Below are positions 12,481 to 25,516 of a stretch of DNA of 64,000 bases, one piece after another. The notes below the pieces were generated by a model. The model was not told the origin of the DNA. It did no database searches and worked only from the letters and a program-made list of their open reading frames with translations. A program made the translations under genes and the position numbers. The DNA comes from Octopus vulgaris. Taxonomy: Eukaryota. Where the stretch lies: the NCBI GenBank assembly GCA_951406725.2, contig OX597815.1, positions 172,174,001 to 172,238,000 of the forward strand. Reading direction: 5' to 3'. Numbering within the stretch: the first letter of the stretch is position 1; the number at the start of each line of letters is the position of its first letter.

Positions 12481-13075
12481 AAAACCCAGATTATGGCATC
12501 AGTTGTTTACTATTTCAACCCTTCTTTACCTTTGAAGCTTTTTATTTAGGCCTCAATTCATATCATTTCAAAGTCATACTAACATTAGCGTAATCTTGTA
12601 TATGAAGACTTAGTAATTCATTCTTTAAAAATTAAACCTACATTTATTATCTATTATCTGTTATTGCTTTTGGGATGACTTTGAGAAAAGCCATTCCTGT
12701 CTCAAATTTGAAATCCATTAATACGGCTAACAGAAAACAATGTTTTGCTTTTGTTTTCGTTCTGATAAATAACAGTTAACGAGCGATGATTCTTGTATGA
12801 TTGTTGTGAGTATATATGTATGTATGTATGTATGTATATATGTGTGTGTGTGTGTAGGTAGGTAGGTAGGTAGGTATGTAGGCAGGTAGGTAGGGAGGTA
12901 GGGAGGGAAAGGGGGAGGTAGGTAGTTAGGTAGGTACGTAGGTAGGCAGGTACGTACGCACGAAGATAAGTATGTATATACGTATATATATTTCCATACG
13001 AACATATATAAATATATATATATTTATACGTATATATATATATACGTATATATATATATACGTATATATATATAC

Positions 13076-13130
<55 letters not shown>

Positions 13131-13536
13131 CGTGGGGGGTACGCGCGCTTGCGTGCAATCTCACTTGGTTTTTATAACAAGGAACGAAACCTTTACAAGT
13201 ATGTTGATTCGACTTTAGAAGAAAGCACGGCCTTGGACATGAATGACAACGAAAACAATTCATTACCGAGATAAACTATTGAAAAATAAAGGAAAGAAAG
13301 GAATCGTAAAAAATCAATATTTCACTCCGTTTTAAGTTCTATTTTCTTTTACTCCAAATGCAGTGAATGCACGAGGACAACGCAAGAAAGATTGAGATGG
13401 CTGGCTATCCATGGATTTTAACCTGCTGAGAACAAACGATACCCTATGAAGATATCTTTTACTCCATTTTTAGATTGTTTATATTGTCAGCCATTACAGT
13501 TCCAGGCTGTTTTCAATGCAATGCTTACACACACAA

Positions 13537-13670
13537 ATACATACAAACACACATACATACATACATACATACATACATACATACATACAAACATACATAC
13601 ATACATACATACATACATACATACATACATACATACATACATACATACATACATACATACGTATGTATGT
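13537..13670. repeat. (ACAT)n tetranucleotide microsatellite
   Basis: Direct inspection; source of the HTYI/MYVC ORFs. Confidence 0.9.
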
Positions 13671-16092
13671 AGGTATTTATGTATGTGTGTATATCGGATG
13701 CATTCTTATTTTCGAGGGCAGCCATTTTGTAATCTTCACTGATGTTGTTGTGATTGTACAAATTCACGCTGTGAGTTCATTACTTGCGTAGATAAGTAGA
13801 ATGTAAATTTCACTGATACTGCTCTGGCAAACAAGCATCAGTCGGTTTTCCAGCAGATATTGTTAGAAATTGTTTCATTACTGCGTTGAACATAACTTTC
13901 TGTGGTATCGCATCAAAGATTCTAAAGATACTAGCCTTCCAACAGAGACAATTAAATCGAGACAATAAACTAGACACAATGCAGATAAAGAAAAATCTGT
14001 TTTCTCTGTTTTTCTTTCTCTCCAACTTATAATTTACTTATTTTTCAAGTCTATAGATGCAAATATACATACACCACTCCTACCAACATACTGAGCTGAT
14101 AATTCAGATGCCGCTGTATGCATTTACATACACGCTCATATAAACGCATACATACATAAATATACACCCACATAGCTACATTATATCCATATGTTACATA
14201 GCATTGCATTACATTACATAGATAATCTCGCATGTACGCACGCACATCTACACACACGAACACGCATAGAGCACAACCATACACTATTATTTTCCATTGT
14301 CGCGAGAGATTGTTGTTGGCTGACAACCATGGTTATTTCCTTTCGAAGCCACCAACAGTTTGCTGACAACATATATTATAGATTAGTGATTTGCTTAAAT
14401 TCTTATGGTCCTATTTGTTTGCTGCTGTATTTTGTTTTCTACTGCTGACAAAAATGACGAAATAAGTCGTTCAGTCTTTACTTTAGACAACAAATGACTA
14501 TTATTGATGTGTGATTGTAATATCTGAAAATTAAGGGATTTAGTTTGTTTGTTCACAATTCCCCCACCTTTTTGTTTTGTAATGGGAGTATAATTGTGTT
14601 ACTGCCACTACTTATTTTATTGACTGTCATTAAAAGAAAAGCAAATACATTGCTGACGCAATATGTATACACAGACGTGAACCACCAGCCTACAAAAAAA
14701 TGAAGATATTTGTCCCGACGACCAGTCATTTACACTAACTCTTCAACGCTTTGACATTCATATAAGATGCTTAAAAAGTTGTAGAAAAAAAGAAGAGAGA
14801 CCAATAATGAAAATATAGTAATTGTTTCTAAGATAGGCACAAGGTTAGCAATTTCGCAGAGAGGATGTTGGTCGATGGTTTCGATCCCAGTACTTTTCTG
14901 GTACTTTATTTTGTCGACCTCGAAAGGATGAAAAGCAAATATAACCTCGACGCACCTTCTAAGTGAAGAATGAGTCTCAATAACGGATAATGTATCGCTG
15001 AAAGAAATGGAGAAAATATCCAAATATAGAGATCTGGAAATACAGATAACCAAAATGAGGGCGGGGTCTAAAAACAGAAATATAATAGGTACCTTGAGAA
15101 TTATTAAATATAGATCTTGGTAATCACATAGCCAAAACTACCGGATTTTAATATACACATAATACAGAAGCCTACGGAGAACAGAAGACATTACGTAACC
15201 ATAGCTGTAACTCGCAAGTGAATATGACATGGCAACATGCACCAGGCATCTGCTACTTGCTTTAAGTGTTTATACAGTCACGAGATATGGATAACCTATC
15301 AGTTCTCTCACATTTTGACTCATAGAACATCGAAGAGGTGACATCTAATGGGAGAAAAGACTACACCAACACTAGGATGATACTCATTTTCAGCTGGGAG
15401 ACAAGAAAAATGCGAAATGTAGAACCATGATGAAGGACACAACGCGCTGATCGGACAATGCACGTAAGCCCGACTTGGTAAGTACTAGACCATTCGCCAT
15501 TTACGCAGAACACTTCTAGAACAACAGAAAATCTGAATCCAAAACAAAACGTTGTTCCCGTTCAACTACACAGAAATGTGTCTGGGTGATGCAGTGAGAG
15601 CAAGTAATAAACTTACCTACCTAAGTATAAGGATAATAAATTATAACCGCAAAAAAGTTAGTAGAATGCTTCAAGGATGTAACCAGGATCTAAAGTTATG
15701 GGGAGCGAGCGCATAAAAAGAAAAACGGATGCTGTGACACAAACCAAACAATTTTTAATTCATTGATTATAGATTTTATAAAAGGCGCCAATTTTGGAAA
15801 GTGTGCACGCGGGGAGCAGCCGTTCCCCTGTTAGCTGCGCCACTGGAAATATTATGTTTGCAGCAATTAACTGCTTACAATGTATTGGATTAGTCTTGGA
15901 ACAGCGGAAGTTCAAATCTAATCCAAAAACAAAAACAGATATAAATAAACTGAAGTAAATAATCATAATGATATGTCATTATACGTCTAATATTTCTGTG
16001 ACTTGGTACTCCATATACAATAATAATAATAAAAATAATGATAATAATAAAAATAGAAATAATAATAATGATCAGGGAAGAAGGGAAGACAA

Positions 16093-16161
<69 letters not shown>

Positions 16162-16840
16162 GTCTTCCCTTCTTCTTTGACTAACAGAATATGTAAACAT
16201 GCCTTTTATTGTAACAACACAATTAATTGCACGATAAAAAATTAAGGAAATAAGCAGCTGCCAATATATACATACTGCACGACTACAAAAACTGTAAACT
16301 ACTGCAAAACTTTTAAAAAGAAAATAAAAATTCCAAAAGAAATTCAGAAATTCAAAAATCCAACAAGGTGAACATCTCTTCCTCCTAGAATACCCAAAGA
16401 CTGAAATATCTGCAATTTCCTGTGAATATTTTAAATCTCCCTCAAAATAAAATAAGTTAGAAAACTTACATACCTACAGCTTTCGAACACACAAAAGATC
16501 AGCTTTTAAAAAAAAAAAACCTTTGATATCTACAACTACTGTGTGAATACTTATCCTTTCTCCTCTCTCTGAACATTCGAAAACGTAAACATCCATTTCA
16601 TTGCAAAAGTCCTACTATATTCTCCAACTGGACAGACAAACGAACATCTCAAGAAAACTTAAAAACTTTAATACATTACCCAAATACGTAAACACACCTT
16701 TTATTGCAGCAACACAACTGAATTCAGAAATTCAAAAATTCAACGGAAGGTGCTCCAAAAATAAGGGGTGTTACCTTAGTTCATGGTAGTGAACAGCTGA
16801 CACTGTAATATATCTCCAGTGTTAGAAGATGTGCAAAGTC

Positions 16841-16856
16841 AATAATAATAATAATG

Positions 16857-16933
<77 letters not shown>

Positions 16934-16951
16934 TATAATTATAATTATAAT
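16841..16951. repeat. (AAT)n microsatellite
   Basis: Direct inspection. Confidence 0.95.
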
Positions 16952-17104
16952 AGCAAATGCCTTGGTGCAATACCAGGCAGTGGCTCTCATGGCTTTTGAT
17001 TTTATGGGATTTTACTGAAGAGAAAAATGTGCATTAAATTATTAGGCAATTAATGTACATGCTAAAGAGCACACAGGCCAGCTAATATTAAATCAGCTAC
17101 TAAG

Positions 17105-17680
17105 ACGGAGAGCTGGCAGAAACGTTAGCACGCCGGCGAAATGCGTAGCTGTATTTCATCTGCCATTACGTTCTGAGTTCAAATTCCGCGTGGTCGACTT
17201 TGCCTTTCATCCTTTCGGGGTCGATTAAATAAGTACCAGTTACGCACTGGGGTCGATATAATCGACTTAATCTGTTTGTCTGTCCTTGTTTGTCCTCTCT
17301 GTGTTTAGCCCGTTGTGGGTAGTAAAGAAATAGGTATTTCGTCTGCCGCTACGTTCTGAGTTCAAATTCCGCCGAGGTCGACTTTGCCTTTCATCCTTTC
17401 GGGGTCGATTAAATAAGTACCAGTTACGCGCTGGGGTCGACGTAAGCGACTTAATCCCCTTGTCTGCCCTTGTTTGTCCCCTCTATGTTTAGCTCCTTGT
17501 GCGCAATAAAGAAATAAGAAACGTTAGCCGCATTTCGTCCTGGTTCTTATTTTATCGACCCCGAAAGGATAAAAGGCAAAGTCGACCTCGACGGAATTTG
17601 AACTCAGAACATGTAGACGGACGAAATGCCGCTAAGCCTTTCGCTCGGAGTGCTAACGACTCCGCCAACTCGACGCCTTA
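17105..17680 (+). mobile_element. SINE family B cluster: head plus tandemly duplicated body (17105-17518), then an inverted fragment (17540-17680)
   Basis: GAGCTGGCAGAAACGTTAGC head, GAGTTCAAATTCC B-box, GCCTTTCATCCTTTCGGGGTCGA..AAGTACCAG central domain. The body is repeated after AAAGAAATA|GGTATTTCG. Confidence 0.9.
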
Positions 17681-19075
17681 CAATTCGGCGCTTGATAAAC
17701 AATAAACAAAGATGTGGGTTCTTCATTTGTTCTCTATCATTTTGTTATAAAGAATGAAAACTATATCTTCAGAATAACGAACCAGTCTAAAGCCATACAG
17801 TCTTTCTGGATGGATAATTTACTCGAGGAAGTAATTCTATGAGTCAAGAATGGTATAAATCAAGATGTGACTTATAATCGACATAAATAAAATATTTTTT
17901 AGGATGTTACAATCGATCTGTTACCATTGTGTTTCACAAATGCACTATGGAAGAATCGTTCAAATGCTGAAGGAGACAGTTCACTTTAAAACTTCCCTGT
18001 AAAATAATTTTTGAGAGACATCTAATTAGTTTATTGCCTTTATACCAGGAAGCCGTAAATTGCTGTCAGATAAAGAATTTGGCTTCCGCTTCAGATGGAT
18101 CATTTCCAATTATTTTAAAACAAAGCATTAGGAATCGTGACGCTCACGATTTGCACAGGTACAATTGTGATGTCATAAATCTTACATTAGAAACTTTCAC
18201 ATGTTTTATATTGATGTAAAATAAAAGCTCACGTGGAGAAACAAAATTGCTTTACATTAATTAGAATACACAGCGTTAGTCTCTTTCATATTAGAAATGG
18301 TTCAGCGATGTTTCAACTCTCGCAACATGAGGTAATTAAAATCTCTACCAGCCTGATAATTATTATCCATTTCGATGCAAACAAAAATGAATAAAAATAT
18401 CCATTACATCTATCGCCATGCCAGTATATATTTTATCGATAATTATTTTTGGTTTCATTTTTCAAATTATGGTTTTACTAAATATAAAAAATAACAGACC
18501 GCCATTATATAATATAGGATAATGAAACTAGAATTAGTTTTCTTCAATAACAAATTTTGTAGAAAAACCACAATAGGACAGTATGGATTAGAAAATTTCC
18601 TATGGGCGTCTTTGGCATGAAGAACATATAAAGAAACGAGTATTCACATATTCAATGTAGTAAGTCACCCGCGAAAAAAGATTTTCAAATGAAAACAAAA
18701 AATCTTTGACGTTAATGATAAAAGTTTGTCAAAACAAAAGTGACTATTCAGAAAACCATAATCTTTTATCCTTTAGTTGTTTCAGTTATTAGACTGCGGC
18801 CATGCTGGGATACCATCTTGAAGTTTTAGTCGAATGGTTAAAATTAGAATGACAAGCAGTAAGTACGAGGACAACTGCAGACATGTTTCAATCTCTTTAG
18901 ATCAAGTGGTGAAGACATTATTTCGGCCTAGCTAAAGGCATCTGGAAAATGTAAAACTGCTGTCAGAGAAAAGCCATTGTTCCACCGTGGGAAAAGTTCT
19001 GTTGCAGTGTTAATTTTAATTTGACTACGGTGGATCGAATCCATTTCATGCTTGCACTACAAGCTCGACCTTAAC

Positions 19076-19500
19076 CAACTGAGCATGTCCTTTAGTGGCT
19101 GATGATATGTGCATCACTGATCACGAGCAGAAGTAGTGGGGGAGCATCATAGCCATGTGTTGAGAGAAATTCTTTGGGGTTTGGATAATTCACCTCTGGA
19201 AACATGGGTATTTCGTTCATCATCTTTAAAAAAACCTTATTCAGGGATCTTTTGAGCGGGATGAGCTACTCAACCTGAAGAAAATTCTAACTGGGCCCCA
19301 CCTGCAAGGTCACGTGCTGTTTATTTTGATATAAGATCACCATGCCATGCACATGTGGTTGTGATGCATGTGTCTGGTGTACTCCTATCAGACGGGTAGA
19401 CATGATGGGTATATTGAGCTTCGTATAATTATACCCCAGTGTCACTTTGATAGCATGCACTGCTGTCTCACTCAATAATAAAAATAATAATAATGATAAT
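19076..19500 (+). mobile_element. Putative retroelement 3' UTR ending in (TAA)n
   Basis: GC-richer block ending CTCACTCAATAATAA..TAATAAT; no ORF support and no second copy in the window. Confidence 0.35.
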
Positions 19501-19778
19501 AAATTGATAAACAAGCCAACAACTGGTATCAGGTTAGAGTGTGACATTTGTGTATGAAAACATGGATCGTTTATTTGTTACATGAGTATAGATCGTAAGG
19601 AATTCTTTATGCTGTTATACACGTACCTGTTCCAACCCAAACCAAATAGCCAGTCGTCAGTGATAGCTATACCATCTCTGCTTTTTAGTTGCAGTTCAAG
19701 TTGGAGTTTTTGGCAGCTAGTCAGCCTGAGCACTAATTGTAGTACTGCCTGAAGTATATATGTGTATGTTTGTATGTA

Positions 19779-19828
<50 letters not shown>

Positions 19829-19942
19829 GAATTCCAACCTTGTCTGATTTTCAAGTTTTATTTACAATCTTATAATGATATAATATAATATAATATAATA
19901 AAATAAAATAAAATAATAGAATGTTAAATGTTCATTCTGATT

Positions 19943-19985
19943 GAACTAGTACTTTCATGCATTAAATTATGCAATCTTCAGGTTC
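19943..19985 (-). ncRNA. Minimal type-I hammerhead ribozyme (inverted pLTR copy)
   Basis: Exact reverse complement of 22098-22140. Confidence 0.8.
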
Positions 19986-20269
19986 ATGTAGTAGTGGTGA
20001 CAGTCATGCTTCACAATGTTTTACTGTAGCGAGATGGTTACATCTGTGCCTTAAATACAGCTGTGTGAGCTCCAGATTGCTAGGTTTTGCAAACTGTATT
20101 CTGACTAATCAGTGTGTAGCATCACTCAATTACTTAAGTTGATTGGTTGGTTTAGGCGTCACGCTTTGTTGAACATGTCAAGAGTCCTGTATCTTAACCC
20201 TTGCCGAGGCAGCAATTGTTGGGCTATTTTTAGAAATGTTGTAAACTGGGTATGTAAGTACATAGTGTA

Positions 20270-21673
20270 AGACTATGTACTTACATACCCAGTTTCATCA
20301 GGGATGACATCGACTTCCTGTCCCATCTTCCCAAAACAACAGAAACAAATTCAGTTTTACTAAGTTTTGATGTGGTAAGCCTCTACACCAATATTCCACA
20401 CGATTTAGGAATAAAAGCGATTAAATACTGGTTAGAAAAACATAGAGAAGTGATTCCCAGCAGATTCACAGTGCCATTTATATTAGACACAGTCAAACTT
20501 ATTCTAGAAAACAACACATTCTTCTTCAATGGAAAGAATTACATCCAAATTAGAGGCACAGCGATGGGAACGAGGTTTGCTCCCGTTTACGCCAACTCTG
20601 TAATGGGATACTTAGAACAACAACTCAACCAAGAGGTGAAGGTAAACTATGGCACTGGATTTAGAAAGTGTATTGAAAAGGCATGGAAGAGATACCTTGA
20701 CGACTGCTTCATAATCTGGACAGAATCTCTAAATACTCTGGAAGAGTTCAATATCCTCCTGAACAACCTACACCCATCTCTCCAATTTACAAAAGAGATG
20801 AGCAGTACCAAATTACCATTCCTAGATATAATGGTAATTAAAAGGGACACCACCATCACCACAGATATATACTATAAACACACAGACACACATCAATACC
20901 TGAATTTTAAGTCGTGCCATCCACCACATACAAAACGCATCATCCCATACTGCCTAGCCAGAAGAATTTGCACCATTGGAGAAGATGCAAATATCAGGAA
21001 CAAACGCCTAACAGAACTAAGAGAATTTTTGCTCAAACAAAAATACCCATCTCTACTTATAGAAAATGGCATACAGCGGGCTATAAAAATACCCATACAA
21101 CAACTTAGGAGAACCCAAGGAAGAGGAAAACAAGAACAAGTCATACCATTCATAATGACACACAACCCATGTCACCAGAATATCTTCAACATTGCCAAAG
21201 CAAACCTACCAATCATTGCTCAAAGTAATGAATTAAAAGATATAATCACGGATCGAGCTATGGTTCTTAGTAAAAGACAGCCTAAAAACTTGAAAAAATT
21301 ACTAACAAAGGCAAAATTTGACATTAACAACAAAGACCAAACATTCATTGTATCTAAATGCAATGATAGCCAATGAGGCACATGCCAATTCATACATACC
21401 GGCCAATATATAAACACAAAAACCGGGAAAATATTCACAAACGCGAATATGAACTGCAAAAGCAGAAATTTAATTTACTGCATCAAATGCCCAAATTGTG
21501 AAGAAATATATGTAGGTCAGACGAGAAATGCACTATCAGAACGCTCACGTGTACACCGACAACAGATTAGAGACCCAGAGGTCCGTCAGATACCTTTGAG
21601 CAACCACCTAGTAACATGTGGTCTGGAAAATATATATAATATTTCCATTCTACAAATTACACAGCCCAAGTGA
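20270..21673 (+). pseudogene. PLE reverse transcriptase plus Cys-linker plus GIY-YIG endonuclease, disrupted
   Basis: Frame open from 20270: IPSFIRDDIDFL..FDVVSLYTNIP..GTAMG..RYLDDCF..FLD. Stop at 21374-21376 within the C..(C)..C linker, then CKSRNLIYCIKCPNCEEIYVGQT..ER..H. Confidence 0.9.
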
Positions 21674-22097
21674 AATCGAGAGGAACAACAACAACAATGC
21701 AAAAGGTGATCAAGATGAATTATCTTATTTAGGGTTAAAAGTTCTATTGCCACCACCATCACCACTAGCAACAATAATTAAGGTGCTGACAATGGTGATG
21801 ATGACAATTGAAATATAAAAATCCCTGACAAAGGCTATTTACAACATTTCTAAAAATAGCCCAACAATTGCTGCCTCGGCAAGGGTTAAGATACAGGACT
21901 CTTGACATGTTCAACAAAGCGTGACGCCTAAACCAACCAATCAACTTAAGTAATTGAGTGATGCTACACACTGATTGGTCAGAATACAGTTTGCAAAACC
22001 TAGCAATCTGGAGCTCACACAGCTGTATTTAAGGCACAGATTTAACCATCGCGCTACAGTAAAACATTGTGAAGCATGACTGTCACCACTACTACAT

Positions 22098-22140
22098 GAA
22101 CCTGAAGATTGCATAATTTAATGCATGAAAGTACTAGTTC
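22098..22140 (+). ncRNA. Minimal type-I hammerhead ribozyme in the PLE pLTR
   Basis: GAAC-CTGAAGA-T-TGCAT-AATTTA-ATGCA-T-GAAA-GTAC-TA-GTTC: stem I GAAC/GTTC, stem II TGCAT/ATGCA, palindromic GTAC stem III. Predicted cleavage after CUA (22136); the 10.1/11.1 position is U-U rather than canonical G-C. Confidence 0.8.
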
Positions 22141-22296
22141 AATCAGAATGAACATTTAACATTCTATTAATTTTATTTTATTTTATTATATTATCTTATA
22201 TTATATCATTATAAGATTGTAAATAAAACGTGAAAATCAGACAAGGTTGGAATTCCTTTTATCAATATATCCTTCTATACACAATCACACACACCC

Positions 22297-22332
<36 letters not shown>

Positions 22333-22442
22333 CAGAGGAAGCACATAAATGCAAAACAAGGTGGAAAAAATAGTACTCGAATACCGGAGGTTGCGTAATA
22401 TGCTTTAGTAAACGAGCAGCGAAGATATCACAAAAACTGTTT

Positions 22443-22455
22443 TGTGTGTGTGTGA

Positions 22456-22550
<95 letters not shown>
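22443..22550. repeat. (TG)n microsatellite
   Basis: Direct inspection. Confidence 0.95.
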
Positions 22551-22553
<3 letters not shown>

Positions 22554-23003
22554 GAGAGCGTTCTGAGTGAAAAACATTAACTGGTTACGCAATTTAAAAT
22601 AATGACACGGCAGAATATGCCGAGGTTGTCTTCCGCATATTAAATACATACTTAAATGAGAATTATCATGCTTAATGGTGATATACTTCTTGGTGAAGCG
22701 TAGTTCTACTTGTATTTACCATTGCTGAATATGTCACAAATCAATAACAGAAATAAAAATATATAAAAAAAACTTGTCTGAAATTACATTCTTTCTTTTT
22801 TTACCTTGTTGAAATTTTGGTACTTGTTACCATTAGCGCTCCAAATGTATTTTCGTGATATCTTTAGCATGAATCTGTTTGTTTTATTTTAATTTTATTT
22901 CTTTGATTCTATTGGTGTATTCGATGATATCTTCATGTAATGCCGGTTGATTTTTATACTACCTATCACTACCTGCTCCTCACAACATTTTTCTCATATA
23001 CAT

Positions 23004-23204
23004 ACATCACTATTGTCATTATCATTATCATTGTCATCAACATCGTCGTCATCGACTTCCTCCTTCCTCCTCCTCATCATCATCGTCATCATCACCATCA
23101 TTCTCATTTTCATCATCATCATCATTATAACCATCACCGCCGCCACCACAACCACCACAGCCCCCACCGCAGCTTCCACCACCACCACCACCACTACCAC
23201 CATC
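23004..23204. repeat. Degenerate (CAT/CAC)n trinucleotide repeat
   Basis: Direct inspection; source of His/Ile/Val-rich ORFs. Confidence 0.85.
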
Positions 23205-25115
23205 AAATGAAGAACCGGAATTAAAGAAAACATTTCAAGTTCGAAAAGTTGACGAAATGTCATAGGAATAATAAGGATAATAAATTATAAAATAATTTTA
23301 GACGAATCTTCTTTCTTAACACAATCAGTAACTCCCCATCAAACAAAAGATCTTTATTTCCTGTTTTTCTTTTTTTTAACATTTCTATTCGATTCTGTAC
23401 ATAGAAACCCCACGTTCCTTCCTTTTAAAAATATAACTGCAAAGTTACTTTCTAAACCAGGTTCATGTTTGGTCAAATACAACTTTCACTACAATAGCGA
23501 TAGCTCTCTACTTGTATGTTTCTGTCGATACTTAAACTTTGCCATACTTCATAACTTTTAGAGTTGTCAGTTTCGACCGAATCCTGTTTGCACTTAATTC
23601 TTACAGAACCAACAGTGAATTTAATGAAAGTAAAATGGTAATTTACGAGAAACTAGAGGGTCACAGAAAGAAAGGTGATCTCCATACAAAATACTTCTAG
23701 AAAAGGTTATTCTCATTTCCGATTTTTTTTTTTTTTTTTTGTATACCATGTAGAAATTTCTACAACTGTAGAAATCAGCAGACATTTCTACAGTTATGCG
23801 ATCTCTCCTCTCTCTACGTACTTCTCTCTTCTAGATTACATTTCATTCCCCACCTAAGACATTGAAAATACCTTGCTAATTGAATATAGCAAGCCAATTT
23901 CCTTCAAAAACACCAATAAGCAATTACTATATATTACAAGAAAACATTTACAACACTATAGTTTCATAATTAGTGAAGAACATACAAATAAACCCTTCCA
24001 AACCTTTACAAATGCTTCTCCTGACAAACTCTGATAACCTTAGATAGCAACCACACGCGAGGAGATTTCTGTCATGTGCGGTTCACTTGTACATTGCGTT
24101 GTGTGTTGAGGCCTTTTCAAGCTCTAAAGAAAAAGACAATCCTTTGAGAAGCAACTTTACTCGCTTAAAACTAGAGTTGATTTGATATTAAATAGAGGCG
24201 GCGATCTGGCAGAATTGTTAACACGTCACTTAAAATGTTTAGTGGTATTTCTTCTGGGTCTTTACGTTCTGAGCTCAACTGCCTCCGAGGTCAACTTTAC
24301 CTTTCATCCCTTCGAGATTTAGAAGTAATCGACTTGCCTCCGTCCCTCAAAATTGCTGGCTTGAACCTTGCAACGAACCGGCGTCCCGTTCAAGAGTATG
24401 CTGGGATCTACTTCCTGATCCTTTCCTTCACTACTTCAGTAATTCTTTGACAAGGGGGGAAATAAAACTGAAACGTGTCCCTGGTTGTTCCTGTAGTTGT
24501 CAGGAAAATGAAAACATACTCTTGTTTTACTCATAGAGAAGAAAGAAGATCTCGAGGTATATGTTCCGACTGTCAGTGCTTTGGATTCAAAACCCACCGA
24601 ATCAACTTTACCTTTCATTCTTTTGGGGTCGATATGAAAAGCATCAATTCAGGGCAGTTGATTGATAAAACAATAACAATGTAGTAAGACTAAATGCCTT
24701 GTAGTTTTTGTTCCGGTTCTTATTGTTCTGTTTCAGCACCGCCACCTGGCACCATCAGTACCTTTCATGGAGTCCGCTCTGCTGCAAGTTTTCTTTCCAT
24801 TCTACCCATAAATCTTGGAAGCGTTGTAAAGGTCATGGGCAATGCTTTCATCCCTACTTGATTAAAAGATTTTTAAAAAAAGCATTTACTTTCCTTGTTT
24901 ATAAACAATTATATATTCCTGCCAGTGACCAGGTCGTAGTTCATGGAATGAAAATGCTGGCTCCAAATAACAAATAATAAATTTTTAAGTGAAATTAATA
25001 ACTTTTATGTATTTTTGCACGGCTAATATGTGTCTTCCATACAACCATCATTTTCGTTTCCCCACATGGTCTCAGATCAAATTACTTGCATGATTAGTAC
25101 ATCTCCGAAATATAT

Positions 25116-25516
25116 TGTAGCGGCACAAGCAGTCAGTGCCATATTGGATGAGATCTCGGGGCAACTATTTCCATCTCCGAGATTGGAGCGAGACCTCACC
25201 TGCATCCATTTGCCATGCGCGAGATCACAACGAGGCTCACAATGGAAAACTATATAAAGGGAAAACCCGAATTAGAACTCTCTCTTTTTGGCGCCACCTC
25301 ACAGCAGCGCTGGCTGAACACCACCACTGGCTGAGGCTTTCTGCAGGTGTATCTCCAGAGGCAATGCGCCCGCACTAACGGAGCTACTACACAACGCACA
25401 CAGCTAAAGATGGTAGCTGAGAACAGCACACTTCACCTATCCTGTAAATAAACCAGTTGTAAATAGCATTTGTACTTGAACTTTTCTCTCTTCACCTGCT
25501 GGAAGCCTGAACTACA
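25116..25516 (+). mobile_element. Solo-LTR-like element (401 bp)
   Basis: Ends TGTAG...CTACA, internal TATATAAA (25251) and AATAAA (25447); second copy inverted at 49026-49407. No TSD seen. Confidence 0.7.

Larger units (their letters stand above)
19824..22262 (+). mobile_element. 5'-truncated Neptune-type Penelope-like element with inverted pLTRs
   Basis: RT plus GIY-YIG coding region bracketed by ~420-bp near-identical inverted repeats (19824-20245 and 21838-22262), each containing a hammerhead; (TA)n on both flanks. Confidence 0.93.

Noticed and set aside
19824-22262. DNA transposon with long TIRs
   Set aside because: The interior encodes PLE RT and GIY-YIG rather than a transposase, and the arms contain hammerheads; they are inverted pLTRs.
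22940-23263. His-rich or hydrophobic ORFs
   Set aside because: Open in several frames only because of (CAT/CAC)n repeats; no splice or domain support.
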